DNA of 60,529 nt from an uncultured archaeon (GTDB lineage: Archaea; Asgardarchaeota; Lokiarchaeia; Sigyniarchaeales; SOKP01). The position numbers and the translations under genes were made by a program. Positions 40,627 through 50,713 of the stretch are shown here, one piece after another; position 1 is the first letter of the stretch; every line of letters starts with the position of its first letter. The stretch lies in NCBI GenBank assembly GCA_964388035.1, contig CAYLZE010000019.1:1-60529 (forward strand), written 5' to 3'. The notes beneath the pieces were generated by a model, which did no database searches, was not told where the DNA came from, and saw only the letters and a list, made by a program, of their open reading frames with translations.

Positions 40627-42933
40627 ATGGTTGTCTTCGAAACTTTTCTTGAATCCATTAAAACTGAAGATTTTTATGCGGATCAGATTAGCTACATTCA
40701 ACACCTTCCTGCTAAAAAAGCCAAATTTGGAACCCTAAATAAACTTCTTAAAACAAGACTTTTACGATGGTTGGAAGCAAATAACATCAAATTATGGGGG
40801 CATCAAGCTAGAGCTATCAATCACGTTTTAAATGGTAATAATTGCGTGATTTCCACCTCAACTGCGTCCGGAAAATCCCTTTGTTATAATCTTTGCGTCA
40901 TAAATTCTCTTTTACAAGATGAACAAATGACCGCACTCTTTGTATTTCCCACGAAAGCTTTAGCAAGAGATCAATATAATGCATTGAAACATCTTTTTGC
41001 TGATCTTCACATTAAATCCAATAGAGTGGGCATTTATGACGGTGATGTAGAACCAGATGAAAAAAAGAAAGTCCTAAGTGAAGCCAATATTATCATTACA
41101 AACCCTTATGGATTGCATTACTATTTGCCTTGGTTTAAGCAAAAATGGAATCGCATAGGAAAAAATCTGAAATTCATTATCTTGGATGAGATCCACGTAT
41201 ATCGGGGCATTTTCGGATCAAATTTTTCATTTTTGCTCAGGAGATTGAAAAGAATGTTGTACTCCTTTAATTCTCATCCTCAGTGGATTTTATCCAGTGC
41301 AACAATTTATAACCCTAAAAAATTTGCAGAAAAATTAACGGGAGAACCTTTTCTTGCCATTGAGGAGGATGATTCTCCCTCAGGTACCAAGGAGGTCATA
41401 TTATGGGATTTGCCCTATGATGAAATCTCTAAAAAGTATCGTTCCCCGCACCAAGAAACCAAAAATTTGTTCGTGATGTACTTACAACAAGACATTCAAA
41501 CGTTAACATTCACTTTATCAAGAAAAATGGCGGAATTACTCGCCATGTGGACAAAAAAAGCCTTACCTTACTTAGCGGATCGGATAATGAGTTATCGTGC
41601 AGGGATTAGCAAGACGACCAGGAGGAGGATCGAAACCCAATTTAAAAGCAGAGAGCTATTAGGGGTAAGTTCTACCAATGCTTTAGAATTAGGAATAGAC
41701 ATTGGATCATTGGATGCTACAATAACTTCTGGATTTCCGGGAACAATCTCTAGTTTTTATCAACAAATTGGAAGAGCGGGAAGGGGAGAAGAACTTTCAA
41801 TATCAGTGTTCATACCAATGGCTAATCCCTTGGATCTATTTTACATCCATAATCCGGATGTGCTATTTGGTCCCACAAAAGAAGAAGTTCTAATTACTTT
41901 AAAGAATAAGTATATCATTAAAAATCATTTGTGTTGTGCAGCAAAAGAAATTCCAATTAAGGAAGAAGATTATTTCATCTTCGGTATTGAAGAAAAAGAG
42001 CAATTTATTGGATACTTAGCCGAGTTAGAAGAAGAAGGTCTTTTAATCAAAAGGAGCGGGCGATACTTTTGGAAGGGAGATTTTTATCCAAATTCGCATT
42101 ATGGATTAAATAATTTATCCAATAAAAACTACAAGATTTTTCTAAAGAGAGGGGAAAGAGAGGATTTACTTACAATTGAAGATGAAAGCTTTGTTTTTAG
42201 AGATCTTCATCAAGGAGCCGTTTACTTGTATGAAGCAGAAACCTACATCGTTCAAGAGTTGGATATTGAGAATAAATTGGTTTACATCACGAAGGTAGAA
42301 GCGGACTTTTATACCCAATCGTTAAAACACACTCATATCACCACTCTCACGATTCTAAATTCAAAAATGGCAGGTCCTAAAAACAATATCGAGTGTTTTT
42401 TTGGAGACGTGAAAGTGGAACATGAATATTACTCTTACAAGATTATTGACTCCATGACCCAAGAAATTCTTGCTCGACGTCCCTTGGAAAACATTCCCTT
42501 GATCGAATTTGAAACACAGGCACACTGGTTCTTAATACCTTTTCAATTTCAAAAAGAATTAGAGGAAAAAGGATACGATCTGGGAGGTTCTATTCATGCC
42601 ATAGAGCATGCAATGATTGCAATTGCTCCTACCCTCGCACAAATCTCTCGGTGGGACTTGGGAGGGGTCTCTATTGACTTTGACCCCATAAAACAACAAC
42701 CCATAATCTATATTTACGATGCCTTTCGTGGAGGCATTGGAATTTCAGAATTGCTTTTCAATAACATGAACGAATTATTTAAAATGGCCTATCATCTCAT
42801 CAAGACGTGTAAATGTACCGCTATTAATGGCTGTCCGGGGTGTATTATTTCTCCTAAATGTGGCAATTTAAACGAACCTTTAGATAAACAAGGGGCCTTG
42901 TTTTTACTGGAAAAGATTCTTGCGCTTCAATAA
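40627..42933 (+). CDS. Hrq1/MrfA-like DEAH helicase with DUF1998 Zn domain
   Basis: TASGKS, PTKALARDQ, DEIH, NALELGIDIG, QQIGRAGR, CKC..GCPGC...KC. Confidence 0.93.
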   Translation: MVVFETFLESIKTEDFYADQISYIQHLPAKKAKFGTLNKLLKTRLLRWLEANNIKLWGHQARAINHVLNGNNCVISTSTASGKSLCYNLCVINSLLQDEQMTALFVFPTKALARDQYNALKHLFADLHIKSNRVGIYDGDVEPDEKKKVLSEANIIITNPYGLHYYLPWFKQKWNRIGKNLKFIILDEIHVYRGIFGSNFSFLLRRLKRMLYSFNSHPQWILSSATIYNPKKFAEKLTGEPFLAIEEDDSPSGTKEVILWDLPYDEISKKYRSPHQETKNLFVMYLQQDIQTLTFTLSRKMAELLAMWTKKALPYLADRIMSYRAGISKTTRRRIETQFKSRELLGVSSTNALELGIDIGSLDATITSGFPGTISSFYQQIGRAGRGEELSISVFIPMANPLDLFYIHNPDVLFGPTKEEVLITLKNKYIIKNHLCCAAKEIPIKEEDYFIFGIEEKEQFIGYLAELEEEGLLIKRSGRYFWKGDFYPNSHYGLNNLSNKNYKIFLKRGEREDLLTIEDESFVFRDLHQGAVYLYEAETYIVQELDIENKLVYITKVEADFYTQSLKHTHITTLTILNSKMAGPKNNIECFFGDVKVEHEYYSYKIIDSMTQEILARRPLENIPLIEFETQAHWFLIPFQFQKELEEKGYDLGGSIHAIEHAMIAIAPTLAQISRWDLGGVSIDFDPIKQQPIIYIYDAFRGGIGISELLFNNMNELFKMAYHLIKTCKCTAINGCPGCIISPKCGNLNEPLDKQGALFLLEKILALQ

Positions 42934-43242
42934 CCTACGCTTTATTTTTCTTTTGTTTTGAATAATTTGGGCCAAAATGAAAAAGAACATGGTAATCTGA
43001 TAAGATTGAAATAATGAAGATCAAAGTGTTTTAATTGAATTAATTTAAAAGAATGAATCACCTGTGATTTTCAAGATGAGAAGAACACTTTAAAAGGTTC
43101 TATTTTTTAGGATCGCGCCGTAATCGGATGAAAAGGAAGCTTAATCCGAATTATCCTAAATACCAAACTTTAATTGGTTAAATTTTACTATATTAAGATA
43201 ATAAATTTAATCCCCCAATAAGTTAATGGTTATGGATAAGTC

Positions 43243-43788
43243 ATGTTTAACGAGACGCACAAGATCGTGATTTTTGGTGAAGCCGGAACCGGAAAAACCA
43301 CGTTGATGCATAGGTACATCACAAATCGTTTTAGTGAAGATATTAAAATAACCATTGGTCTGGATTTTCATGTTAAGACTTTGTCAATCGAGGAGAAAAA
43401 AGTTAAGCTTCAAATCTGGGATTTTGGAGGAGAAGAAAGGTTTCGTTTCCTCTTTCCATCTTACATGTTAGGAGCAAGTGGAGGAATTTTCATGTATGAC
43501 ATTACCAATTATTCCACATTAGTTCATATTGATGATTGGCTTTCGCTGGTGAAAAATGTCTTGGAAGAAATGAACAAGCCGAGAATACCATTGTTGGTTA
43601 TTGGGGGAAAAGCCGATTTGTCAAGTGTTAGAGAAGTACCTTTCAAAGAGGGGGAACAAGTAGCCAAATCTAGGGAAGCTCAAGGATTCATGGAATGCTC
43701 TTCTAAGTCGGGAGATAACGTGGAAAGAGTTTTTGAAACATTAGCGCGATTAATTCTGGAGGAAAATTCTTCAGATCACGAGTTTTAG
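43243..43788 (+). CDS. Rab-like small GTPase
   Basis: GEAGTGKTT, TIGLDF, WDFGGEERF, GKAD, CSSK. Confidence 0.93.
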   Translation: MFNETHKIVIFGEAGTGKTTLMHRYITNRFSEDIKITIGLDFHVKTLSIEEKKVKLQIWDFGGEERFRFLFPSYMLGASGGIFMYDITNYSTLVHIDDWLSLVKNVLEEMNKPRIPLLVIGGKADLSSVREVPFKEGEQVAKSREAQGFMECSSKSGDNVERVFETLARLILEENSSDHEF

Positions 43789-43881
43789 TAATAAAATTCC
43801 CAAAGAATCTAAATAAGAGAAGTTAGAAACTTATGAATTATTAATAGAATTTTTATTTTTTCTCTTTCTAATTATTATAAT

Positions 43882-44391
43882 ATGAACCAGTTAAGTCTTA
43901 GATGGAAGGATTTTATATCTCCAACGTTGAGTATCTCGGAATATTTAGAAAAGTATAAAGATAAAACCAATATCATTAAAAATTACGAAGATTACATGCC
44001 TGAACAAAAAATAATCAATGAAATCGCATCTCTCTTGAAAAGTACCCATGAAAAGCTTAAAATCGTGGCTTTAGGGGCTGAATGGTGTCCGGACTGCTCG
44101 AAAAACGTTCCAGCCATGATAAAGATAATAGAAAGTTTGATGAAAGTTGCAGATGCGGAATTAAGAATCCTTTATGGGATAATGGTTAACGCTTTACATG
44201 GAAAGGGAGAAATTTTATGGCACAAAGGAAGATCTCCTCCCGAAGCAGTGGATCCCAAGTTTGAATTGAAAGCTATTCCTACCTTTTATATATTTGATTT
44301 CGAAGGGGAATTGCTAGGAACTATTGTTGAGGGACCTAAGATTTACCCCACGTTAGAAGAAGAGCTCCTTACCTTATTAAAAAAAAAGTAA
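43882..44391 (+). CDS. Thioredoxin-family protein
   Basis: WCPDC, IPTF. Confidence 0.88.
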   Translation: MNQLSLRWKDFISPTLSISEYLEKYKDKTNIIKNYEDYMPEQKIINEIASLLKSTHEKLKIVALGAEWCPDCSKNVPAMIKIIESLMKVADAELRILYGIMVNALHGKGEILWHKGRSPPEAVDPKFELKAIPTFYIFDFEGELLGTIVEGPKIYPTLEEELLTLLKKK

Positions 44392-44447
44392 GTTTTTTCT
44401 TGCCAATATAGATAAAATATTAAAGAACGTTTTTTCTCTTTCATTTT

Positions 44448-46508
44448 ATGACTGCACAAGATAAACTTAAATTAGTCCGGATAATCATATTTAAACACGG
44501 AATCTCTTATTTCATTAATCACGGGCAAATGAAAGGTTCCGGTACTTTCGAATTGGAATTTAAAATTGACGAAATGAATGATATTTTAAAAAGTATTTTT
44601 GCTCTCGATACCAGTGAAAAAGGATACATTTCTTTTATCTCCTATGACGCTGCAATAGAAAGCTCTCAGTTATTAAAATCCATCATGCTTGACATCCCTG
44701 ATACGGATTCCTTCTCGTCCTTGATAACGCAAATTAAAGGAGCTCGTATCAAATTAAGTATTGGAAGTTCACAAGAATCGCAAGGCACGATCATGGGTAT
44801 TGAGGAAATCGAAAAACTTGCGAAAGAAGAAAAAATTAGCGAAAAATTGTTAATAATTTTAAAAGAAGACGCCACTATCGCTAAAATTCCTTTCTCTGAG
44901 ATCACCTCTTTTAAAATTTTGAATGAAGATCTTAACAAAGACTTAAAATTTTTCTTGGATACTAGCATTGCCGGGAAAAAAAAAGATTCAAAAAAGATAA
45001 TCATCCACTGTGAATCGGGAGGAAATGAGGAGGAGGAAAGAAAGATTCTGGTTAGTTATTTAAGAGAAACTCCCATATGGAAAACCAGTTATAGAATAAT
45101 AATGAGTAAAAAACAAGCTCAAGAGGAAAAGTGTCTTTTGGCGGGATATGCTCTCGTAGAAAATACAACTAATGATGATTGGGAAGAAATAGAACTCACT
45201 TTGATTGCCGGCATGCCCGTTTCGTTCATATACGATTTTTATCGTCCCATATTCATTGAAAGACCAAAGATCCAACCCCCCAAGGTTCTCAGTGCAAGAC
45301 CTACCGAGATTGAAGAGGGAATGGATCTACAAGAGTTTAAAGAATATGAGAGGGAAGAAGCTCCAAAGAGGAAGATGGAAAAAAAAGTTTCTTTTGATAG
45401 AGTTGCAGCAACTGGGGCCATGTATGCAGCTAAGGCACCTCCTCCTCCTTCTCCCATGACAGTAGCAGACATGGATGATGAAGCCTTGTTTGGTAAAATG
45501 ACGGAACAAACCTCGACAAAAACCCGGGATCTCGGGGAATTATTTGAATATAATATCACCACCCCAGTATCCATTAAGCGGAAGCAGAGTGCTTTAGTAC
45601 CCATTCTCACGGAACAAATAAAAGCGAAACGAGTACTTCTATATAATAAAATCGAACATGATCAAAATCCCAATGCTTGCTTAGAAATAGTGAATAACAC
45701 GGAATTGACCATAGAACGAGGCCCCGTTACCATTATTTATGATGATAATTTAGCGGGAGAAGCTATAATTCCTTTTTTGAATAAGGAGGATACTCGACTT
45801 CTTAATTATGCCGTAGAGCAAGCAGTATTAATTACTTATGAAGAGAAAGCACAAGATCTAAAGATTCATAAAGTTTCTTTTAGGGGCTCCTATTGCTATG
45901 AATATTATTTTTCAAACACCTTCACCACGTATAAAATAAAAAACAAGACGGAAGAAAGTAAGGTACTATACTTGGATCATCCAAAAAGAGCGGGGTATCT
46001 CATTAAAGAAAGTCCCGTGGAACCGGAGGAAACCCAAAATTATTGGAGATTTAAACTTCAAGTAAATCCTAAGGAAGCAATTGCCTTTAAAATAAAAGAA
46101 CAAAAAGAGAATTATAGTAGCTATTATCTGTGGAATTGGGATCAAGATTATTTCAAGAATAAAATTGCGTTTTACATGGAACAAGAATTCATTAACAACC
46201 AAATAGAATCTAAATTGCGAAGTATTGGGGGATTAATCGGAAAAAAGAATGCATTGCAACAGGATAAAACAAAACTCGAGAATGAAATGTACCAAATGAA
46301 TGAGGAGCAAGAACGCTTGAGAAAAAATATTGCTGTTCTTGGGAATACGTCTCAAGAAGAGCAATTGCGGGAGAAATACGTGCTCAAACTTAGCGAACAA
46401 GAGAAAAGATATGAAGAAATTAAACGGGAGTTAAAAACATTGGAAAAAGAAATCAGCTCGTTAGAAAAACAAATTGAAATGGAAATGAACTTGTTAGATT
46501 ATAACTAA
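44448..46508 (+). CDS. DUF4139-like protein with C-terminal coiled coil
   Basis: IFKHGISYF, MNDILKS, PIWKTSYR, VENTT.DDW, GELFEY.I..PVSI...QSALVPI, Q.RLRKNI. Confidence 0.75.
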   Translation: MTAQDKLKLVRIIIFKHGISYFINHGQMKGSGTFELEFKIDEMNDILKSIFALDTSEKGYISFISYDAAIESSQLLKSIMLDIPDTDSFSSLITQIKGARIKLSIGSSQESQGTIMGIEEIEKLAKEEKISEKLLIILKEDATIAKIPFSEITSFKILNEDLNKDLKFFLDTSIAGKKKDSKKIIIHCESGGNEEEERKILVSYLRETPIWKTSYRIIMSKKQAQEEKCLLAGYALVENTTNDDWEEIELTLIAGMPVSFIYDFYRPIFIERPKIQPPKVLSARPTEIEEGMDLQEFKEYEREEAPKRKMEKKVSFDRVAATGAMYAAKAPPPPSPMTVADMDDEALFGKMTEQTSTKTRDLGELFEYNITTPVSIKRKQSALVPILTEQIKAKRVLLYNKIEHDQNPNACLEIVNNTELTIERGPVTIIYDDNLAGEAIIPFLNKEDTRLLNYAVEQAVLITYEEKAQDLKIHKVSFRGSYCYEYYFSNTFTTYKIKNKTEESKVLYLDHPKRAGYLIKESPVEPEETQNYWRFKLQVNPKEAIAFKIKEQKENYSSYYLWNWDQDYFKNKIAFYMEQEFINNQIESKLRSIGGLIGKKNALQQDKTKLENEMYQMNEEQERLRKNIAVLGNTSQEEQLREKYVLKLSEQEKRYEEIKRELKTLEKEISSLEKQIEMEMNLLDYN

Positions 46509-46623
46509 TCTCTTTTTACATTTAAGATAATTACCTTTTTCTTTTTAATACTAGTTTTTAAATTTCTCAAAAGATTAAACTATCTAATTATCAAATTCAA
46601 TGCATGAAACTTCTCTCTAAGAC

Positions 46624-47478
46624 ATGTCAAAGACCCAAAAAATCAAAATAACACTCTCTTTATGGGACATAGGGGGGCAGAAACGATTTGACTTCTTTAA
46701 AACGGATTTCTTTAAAGGAACTGCTGCAGTGGGATTGGTTTTTGATTTAACGCGTCCCGATACCTTTGAAGTGATTAATACCTATTTTAAGGAAATTCGC
46801 CAACATGCCGGCAATATCCCCATTCTTTTAGTGGGTAATAAAAATGATCTTAAGAAAGAGATTGGAGAAAGCATTGAACGAAGTAGAATTATTAAAAAAG
46901 CTAATCGATTTAACTTGCTTGAATATGTAGAAACCTCTGCTTTAGAAGACATGAATGTGGAAGATTTATTTTATAAGCTTTCTATCGCCGCATTATTGGA
47001 TTTAAGGCCTCGATTGGGTGAGATTCAGCAATCAGAAGGCAACTCGTCTCATTTTAGATTTAAAATCATATTAGCAGGTCCTGCGGCAGTGGGGAAGTCT
47101 TCATTGATTCAACGCTTTACCCACTTGGATTTTAACCAAGATTATAAGCTCACGGTTGGCTTGGATCTCATGACGAGAGAGATCGAATTGGAAGAAAAAG
47201 ATTTACCTCCGGAAGCACTTAGTATAATTAAGCACGCGCTTTTAAAATACTCAAAAAAAACCAATCCTCCTCCTCTGAAAGCAAATCAAGAAGAAACAAA
47301 AATGGAAAAAGAAATTCCATTCAATATATCACTTGAAAGTCTAGAAACTATTAAAAACCATGATGAACGAGACCAACAAGAAAAATCTCGATTTGCATCA
47401 AAGAAAATATATTTGATCTTATTATTAATCCTGATTGCATTTCTAATTGTAGTGTCTCTGTTAATCTTCTTAAAGTAG
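46624..47478 (+). CDS. Circularly permuted Rab-like small GTPase (G3-G4-G5-G1-G2) with C-terminal TM anchor
   Basis: Motif order WDIGGQ, NKND, ETSAL, GPAAVGKSS, LTVGLD; terminal IYLILLLILIAFLIVVSLLIFLK. Confidence 0.88.
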   Translation: MSKTQKIKITLSLWDIGGQKRFDFFKTDFFKGTAAVGLVFDLTRPDTFEVINTYFKEIRQHAGNIPILLVGNKNDLKKEIGESIERSRIIKKANRFNLLEYVETSALEDMNVEDLFYKLSIAALLDLRPRLGEIQQSEGNSSHFRFKIILAGPAAVGKSSLIQRFTHLDFNQDYKLTVGLDLMTREIELEEKDLPPEALSIIKHALLKYSKKTNPPPLKANQEETKMEKEIPFNISLESLETIKNHDERDQQEKSRFASKKIYLILLLILIAFLIVVSLLIFLK

Positions 47479-47571
47479 TAAAAATTCTAATTAACTAATT
47501 TTATCAATCCTTCGAATATTTCATCTACGGTATGAGTAAATCAAGTACAAAACTCTATTGGCAAGCTCAGA

Positions 47572-48561
47572 TTAAATGAAAAAAAGCTGACTGGCGATCA
47601 TGTCTGCAGTATGTAAAAGAGTTCCTAATTTTGTCATTTTTAAAGGACGGTATTTTGACCAGGTTCCATGGTGAAATATGATAGCTTTACTAATCTCATC
47701 ATCGTGGAATAAATTAAAGGTGTCCAAAACTGCAAAACATTCGTCAACATGTGAATCTTTTCCAGTCAATTGAAATTTTAGCTTAATATTCCGGTTAATT
47801 TCAGGTAAATGAGCTCGATTGATTTTAACTTTACAATTTTGGATTTTTTTTTTAAACGAATAATTAGAAATCTTGCCAAAATCATGATAAATCGCAGAAA
47901 GAATTACTTGTTTGATAGAATAATTATTTTCCATTGATTGATAAAGATAACGAGCATAATTTGCGACTAATAGTACATGATCATGTAATCCTCCTTTATA
48001 TCCTCCATGATATCCGGCTATGGAAGCGGGCAATCTCTTAGATTCTTGGAGAATGAGATGCAATTTCCTTTTCGTCTCAGCATCCAAATGTATTAATTCA
48101 AATAAGGAATCAAAACTCATCACTTTGAACCTTATTTTCTCTTGAATTGATTTATTAATGAATATAGAGAAAGTATTTGGTTCGGAGACGTGCTTTGCTT
48201 TAGAGTTTTCAATTTCTTGAGAAATTTTTTGTAGTAAAAGAATTGTTTCCTCCTCATCGAGAGCACGTAGCACGTCAAATATCTTTACTATATGCTTGCA
48301 AAATTCATGATTTACTTGTCTACGGGAGAGGAAATCCGGACATTTATGGTGCACGATCTTGTAGAATCCTTCTTGTTTCAAGTCTATTTTTATTTCATAA
48401 GGAAGAATTTCTGAGCCCTGAATTAAAGCTTCAATGAATCCTTCTTTAAAATCATTTTGAATAATGTCAACCTTTTTGTTAGGAATAAGTCTTGCCCGCT
48501 TAATTGTTGTTAATTCTGCGAGGCTTTTAATTAAAGTTTCATATTCTAAATTTGATGGCAT
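47572..48561 (-). CDS. SWIM-type Zn finger fused to an HD-domain phosphohydrolase
   Basis: HKCPDF...FCKH; GGLHDH, YHDFGK, FHHG, HTADM. Confidence 0.8.
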   Translation of the reverse strand: MPSNLEYETLIKSLAELTTIKRARLIPNKKVDIIQNDFKEGFIEALIQGSEILPYEIKIDLKQEGFYKIVHHKCPDFLSRRQVNHEFCKHIVKIFDVLRALDEEETILLLQKISQEIENSKAKHVSEPNTFSIFINKSIQEKIRFKVMSFDSLFELIHLDAETKRKLHLILQESKRLPASIAGYHGGYKGGLHDHVLLVANYARYLYQSMENNYSIKQVILSAIYHDFGKISNYSFKKKIQNCKVKINRAHLPEINRNIKLKFQLTGKDSHVDECFAVLDTFNLFHDDEISKAIIFHHGTWSKYRPLKMTKLGTLLHTADMIASQLFFI

Positions 48562-48676
48562 TATAAGATAAAGTAGATATTTGTTCTTTTAAAGTAAATC
48601 CCGGTGATAGTAACTAAAATAATAATAAAAAAAAAAATAAAGAGGGCAATATTAATATGATCAATTAGAATAATTT

Positions 48677-48910
48677 ATGAGGGAAATAATCATGATCTCT
48701 GAATTGGAAAAAGAATACGATAAATTAATGGATAAAAGAGATAAGCTGGAAGAAAAATGTGATACGCTGCCTCAGTGCGCGGAAGATGATGGATGCGAAA
48801 CTTGTAAGGTTTATAAGCAAATTGCGGAACTCGATGAAAAAGTAGAGGCATTGGAAGCTAAGATCGAAAGTTTAACGGCAGGGGAAGAAGGAGAAGACGA
48901 AGAAGAGTAA
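48677..48910 (+). CDS. Small acidic coiled-coil protein with a four-Cys apex
   Basis: Heptad-like arms flanking C-x5-C-x5-CxxC. Confidence 0.7.
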   Translation: MREIIMISELEKEYDKLMDKRDKLEEKCDTLPQCAEDDGCETCKVYKQIAELDEKVEALEAKIESLTAGEEGEDEEE

Positions 48911-49074
48911 AAATCTCTTAATGTTAATTGACCATGTTTAAAATTTTGTTTATTTCTTATTCCTTTTTGTTCTTTTTTAATCATGCTTTAATTTTCACCC
49001 TTTTTAAATTGCGTTTTTATCAACATGTAAAAGATAAATTTCATTCTTCACTTAGTCTTAAAAAGTCACATTGA

Positions 49075-49428
49075 ATGTTAAAATCAAAAGAAAGGATACC
49101 TCTGACAACCATGAATGGGATTCCCGAGGAATTTATAGATATAGTTGCTCAAAATTCTCGCGTTCAAGCATTTCTCCAAAATTCTGAACGGGTGGAAGTA
49201 TTAGTTAAAGAAATAACCTTTCAGGAGCTAGAAAGATTAAAAAAAGAGTACCCCAAATTTTTCAATTGGAACTTGGAAGAAATAAAACCAAACGACAAGG
49301 GTATAATCTTATACAGTATTACCCTCCTCAAGCGAGATCGCTCCCCGAATAATTATACCAAAACGAAAAAAATTAAATTATATATCGAGAAATCCACCAA
49401 AAAAATACTTAAAATCTTATCTAATTAA
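49075..49428 (+). CDS. Hypothetical protein
   Basis: 117-aa ORF with protein-like composition. Confidence 0.6.
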   Translation: MLKSKERIPLTTMNGIPEEFIDIVAQNSRVQAFLQNSERVEVLVKEITFQELERLKKEYPKFFNWNLEEIKPNDKGIILYSITLLKRDRSPNNYTKTKKIKLYIEKSTKKILKILSN

Positions 49429-49598
49429 AGCTAAATCCTCTTCATATCTCCTATTCACGCATGAAGATTAATTAAATCGCTTTTTCTCTCAAGATAAAAT
49501 GGAATATATTCGCTATCAAGGATTACTAAAAATTACCCTTCATTAATTTTGGGAGAATGGTTTATTTACCTAATCCATGATATTGTGAAAGGTCCCAA

Positions 49599-50399
49599 TC
49601 ATATTGAGTCTATTAAGAGCATGTCTTCATTATGTATCTGAAAGTCAAAAATATCTACATTTTGCTTAATATGTTCTTTATCCTTTGATCTTGGAATGCA
49701 AATAAATCCACGCTGCAAGCTCCACCGAATTAATATTTGAGAAATGGATTTATTATATTTATCCGCAATTTCCCATAATAACTCATGGTGCAAATCATTT
49801 ACATTGGTCAGTGAATGATACACTTCAATGGCAATATTTTTTTTTAAACAATACTCTGTCATATCGTTTTCAAAAGTATAATTCAGAGGGGATAAGATTA
49901 TTTGATGCACAGCGGGGATAACGTAATGATTATTGACTAGTTCTTTTAGAGCGGTGAGTGAGAAGTTTGAGATTCCGATCGCCCTCACTTTTCCCTCATC
50001 ATACATCACTTCCAAGGCTTCCCAAGTTTCATTGTTCAATCCCACAGGCCAATGAATTAAATAGAGATCTAAGTAATTCAAATTCAGCCTTTTAAGACTG
50101 TAATCAAAAGCTTTCAAGGTATCATGATATCCTTGTTCGGTATTCCAAACTTTACTCGTGACAAATATATCTTCTCGAGGTATCCCACTCTCCTTAATTG
50201 CTCTTCCAACATACTTCTCATTTGCATAAATTGATGCCGTGTCAATTGATCGATAGCCTATTTTTAAAGCCCATTGTACTGGCCTTAAAGCAGAAGAGCC
50301 ACTCAATTTCCATGTTCCGAAACCTAATCTGGGCATCAACACGCCATTATTTAATTCCACCATGGAGTTTAAATCGATTTCTTTTTCCAATAGCATCAC
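49599..50399 (-). CDS. Aldo/keto reductase
   Basis: LGFGTW, IDTASIY, TSKVW, DLYLIHWP, AIGISNF. Confidence 0.95.
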   Translation of the reverse strand: MMLLEKEIDLNSMVELNNGVLMPRLGFGTWKLSGSSALRPVQWALKIGYRSIDTASIYANEKYVGRAIKESGIPREDIFVTSKVWNTEQGYHDTLKAFDYSLKRLNLNYLDLYLIHWPVGLNNETWEALEVMYDEGKVRAIGISNFSLTALKELVNNHYVIPAVHQIILSPLNYTFENDMTEYCLKKNIAIEVYHSLTNVNDLHHELLWEIADKYNKSISQILIRWSLQRGFICIPRSKDKEHIKQNVDIFDFQIHNEDMLLIDSI

Positions 50400-50713
50400 A
50401 TCATTGGGGAGAAAAAGAGATTTTTCTCATTATAATGCGAATCTAAAGATTTAAAAAAATAATTCTAATAATTTATTAATATCATAGTAAGAGATTAGAG
50501 CGCAAAAAGTAGAACCTTCCGCTTTATCATTAAAATATAAAACAAATCTTTCAATTCTATCAATTAAACCAAAACAAACTTAATTAATGCGTCATGAATA
50601 GAAACTTTTCTTTGATAATTAAATTAAAAAACAAAAATAGATTCCCATAATTATACTAAATTTACTAACATGTATAAAGATAGAACCTAAATACCAAATA
50701 AAAAGGATAATAA

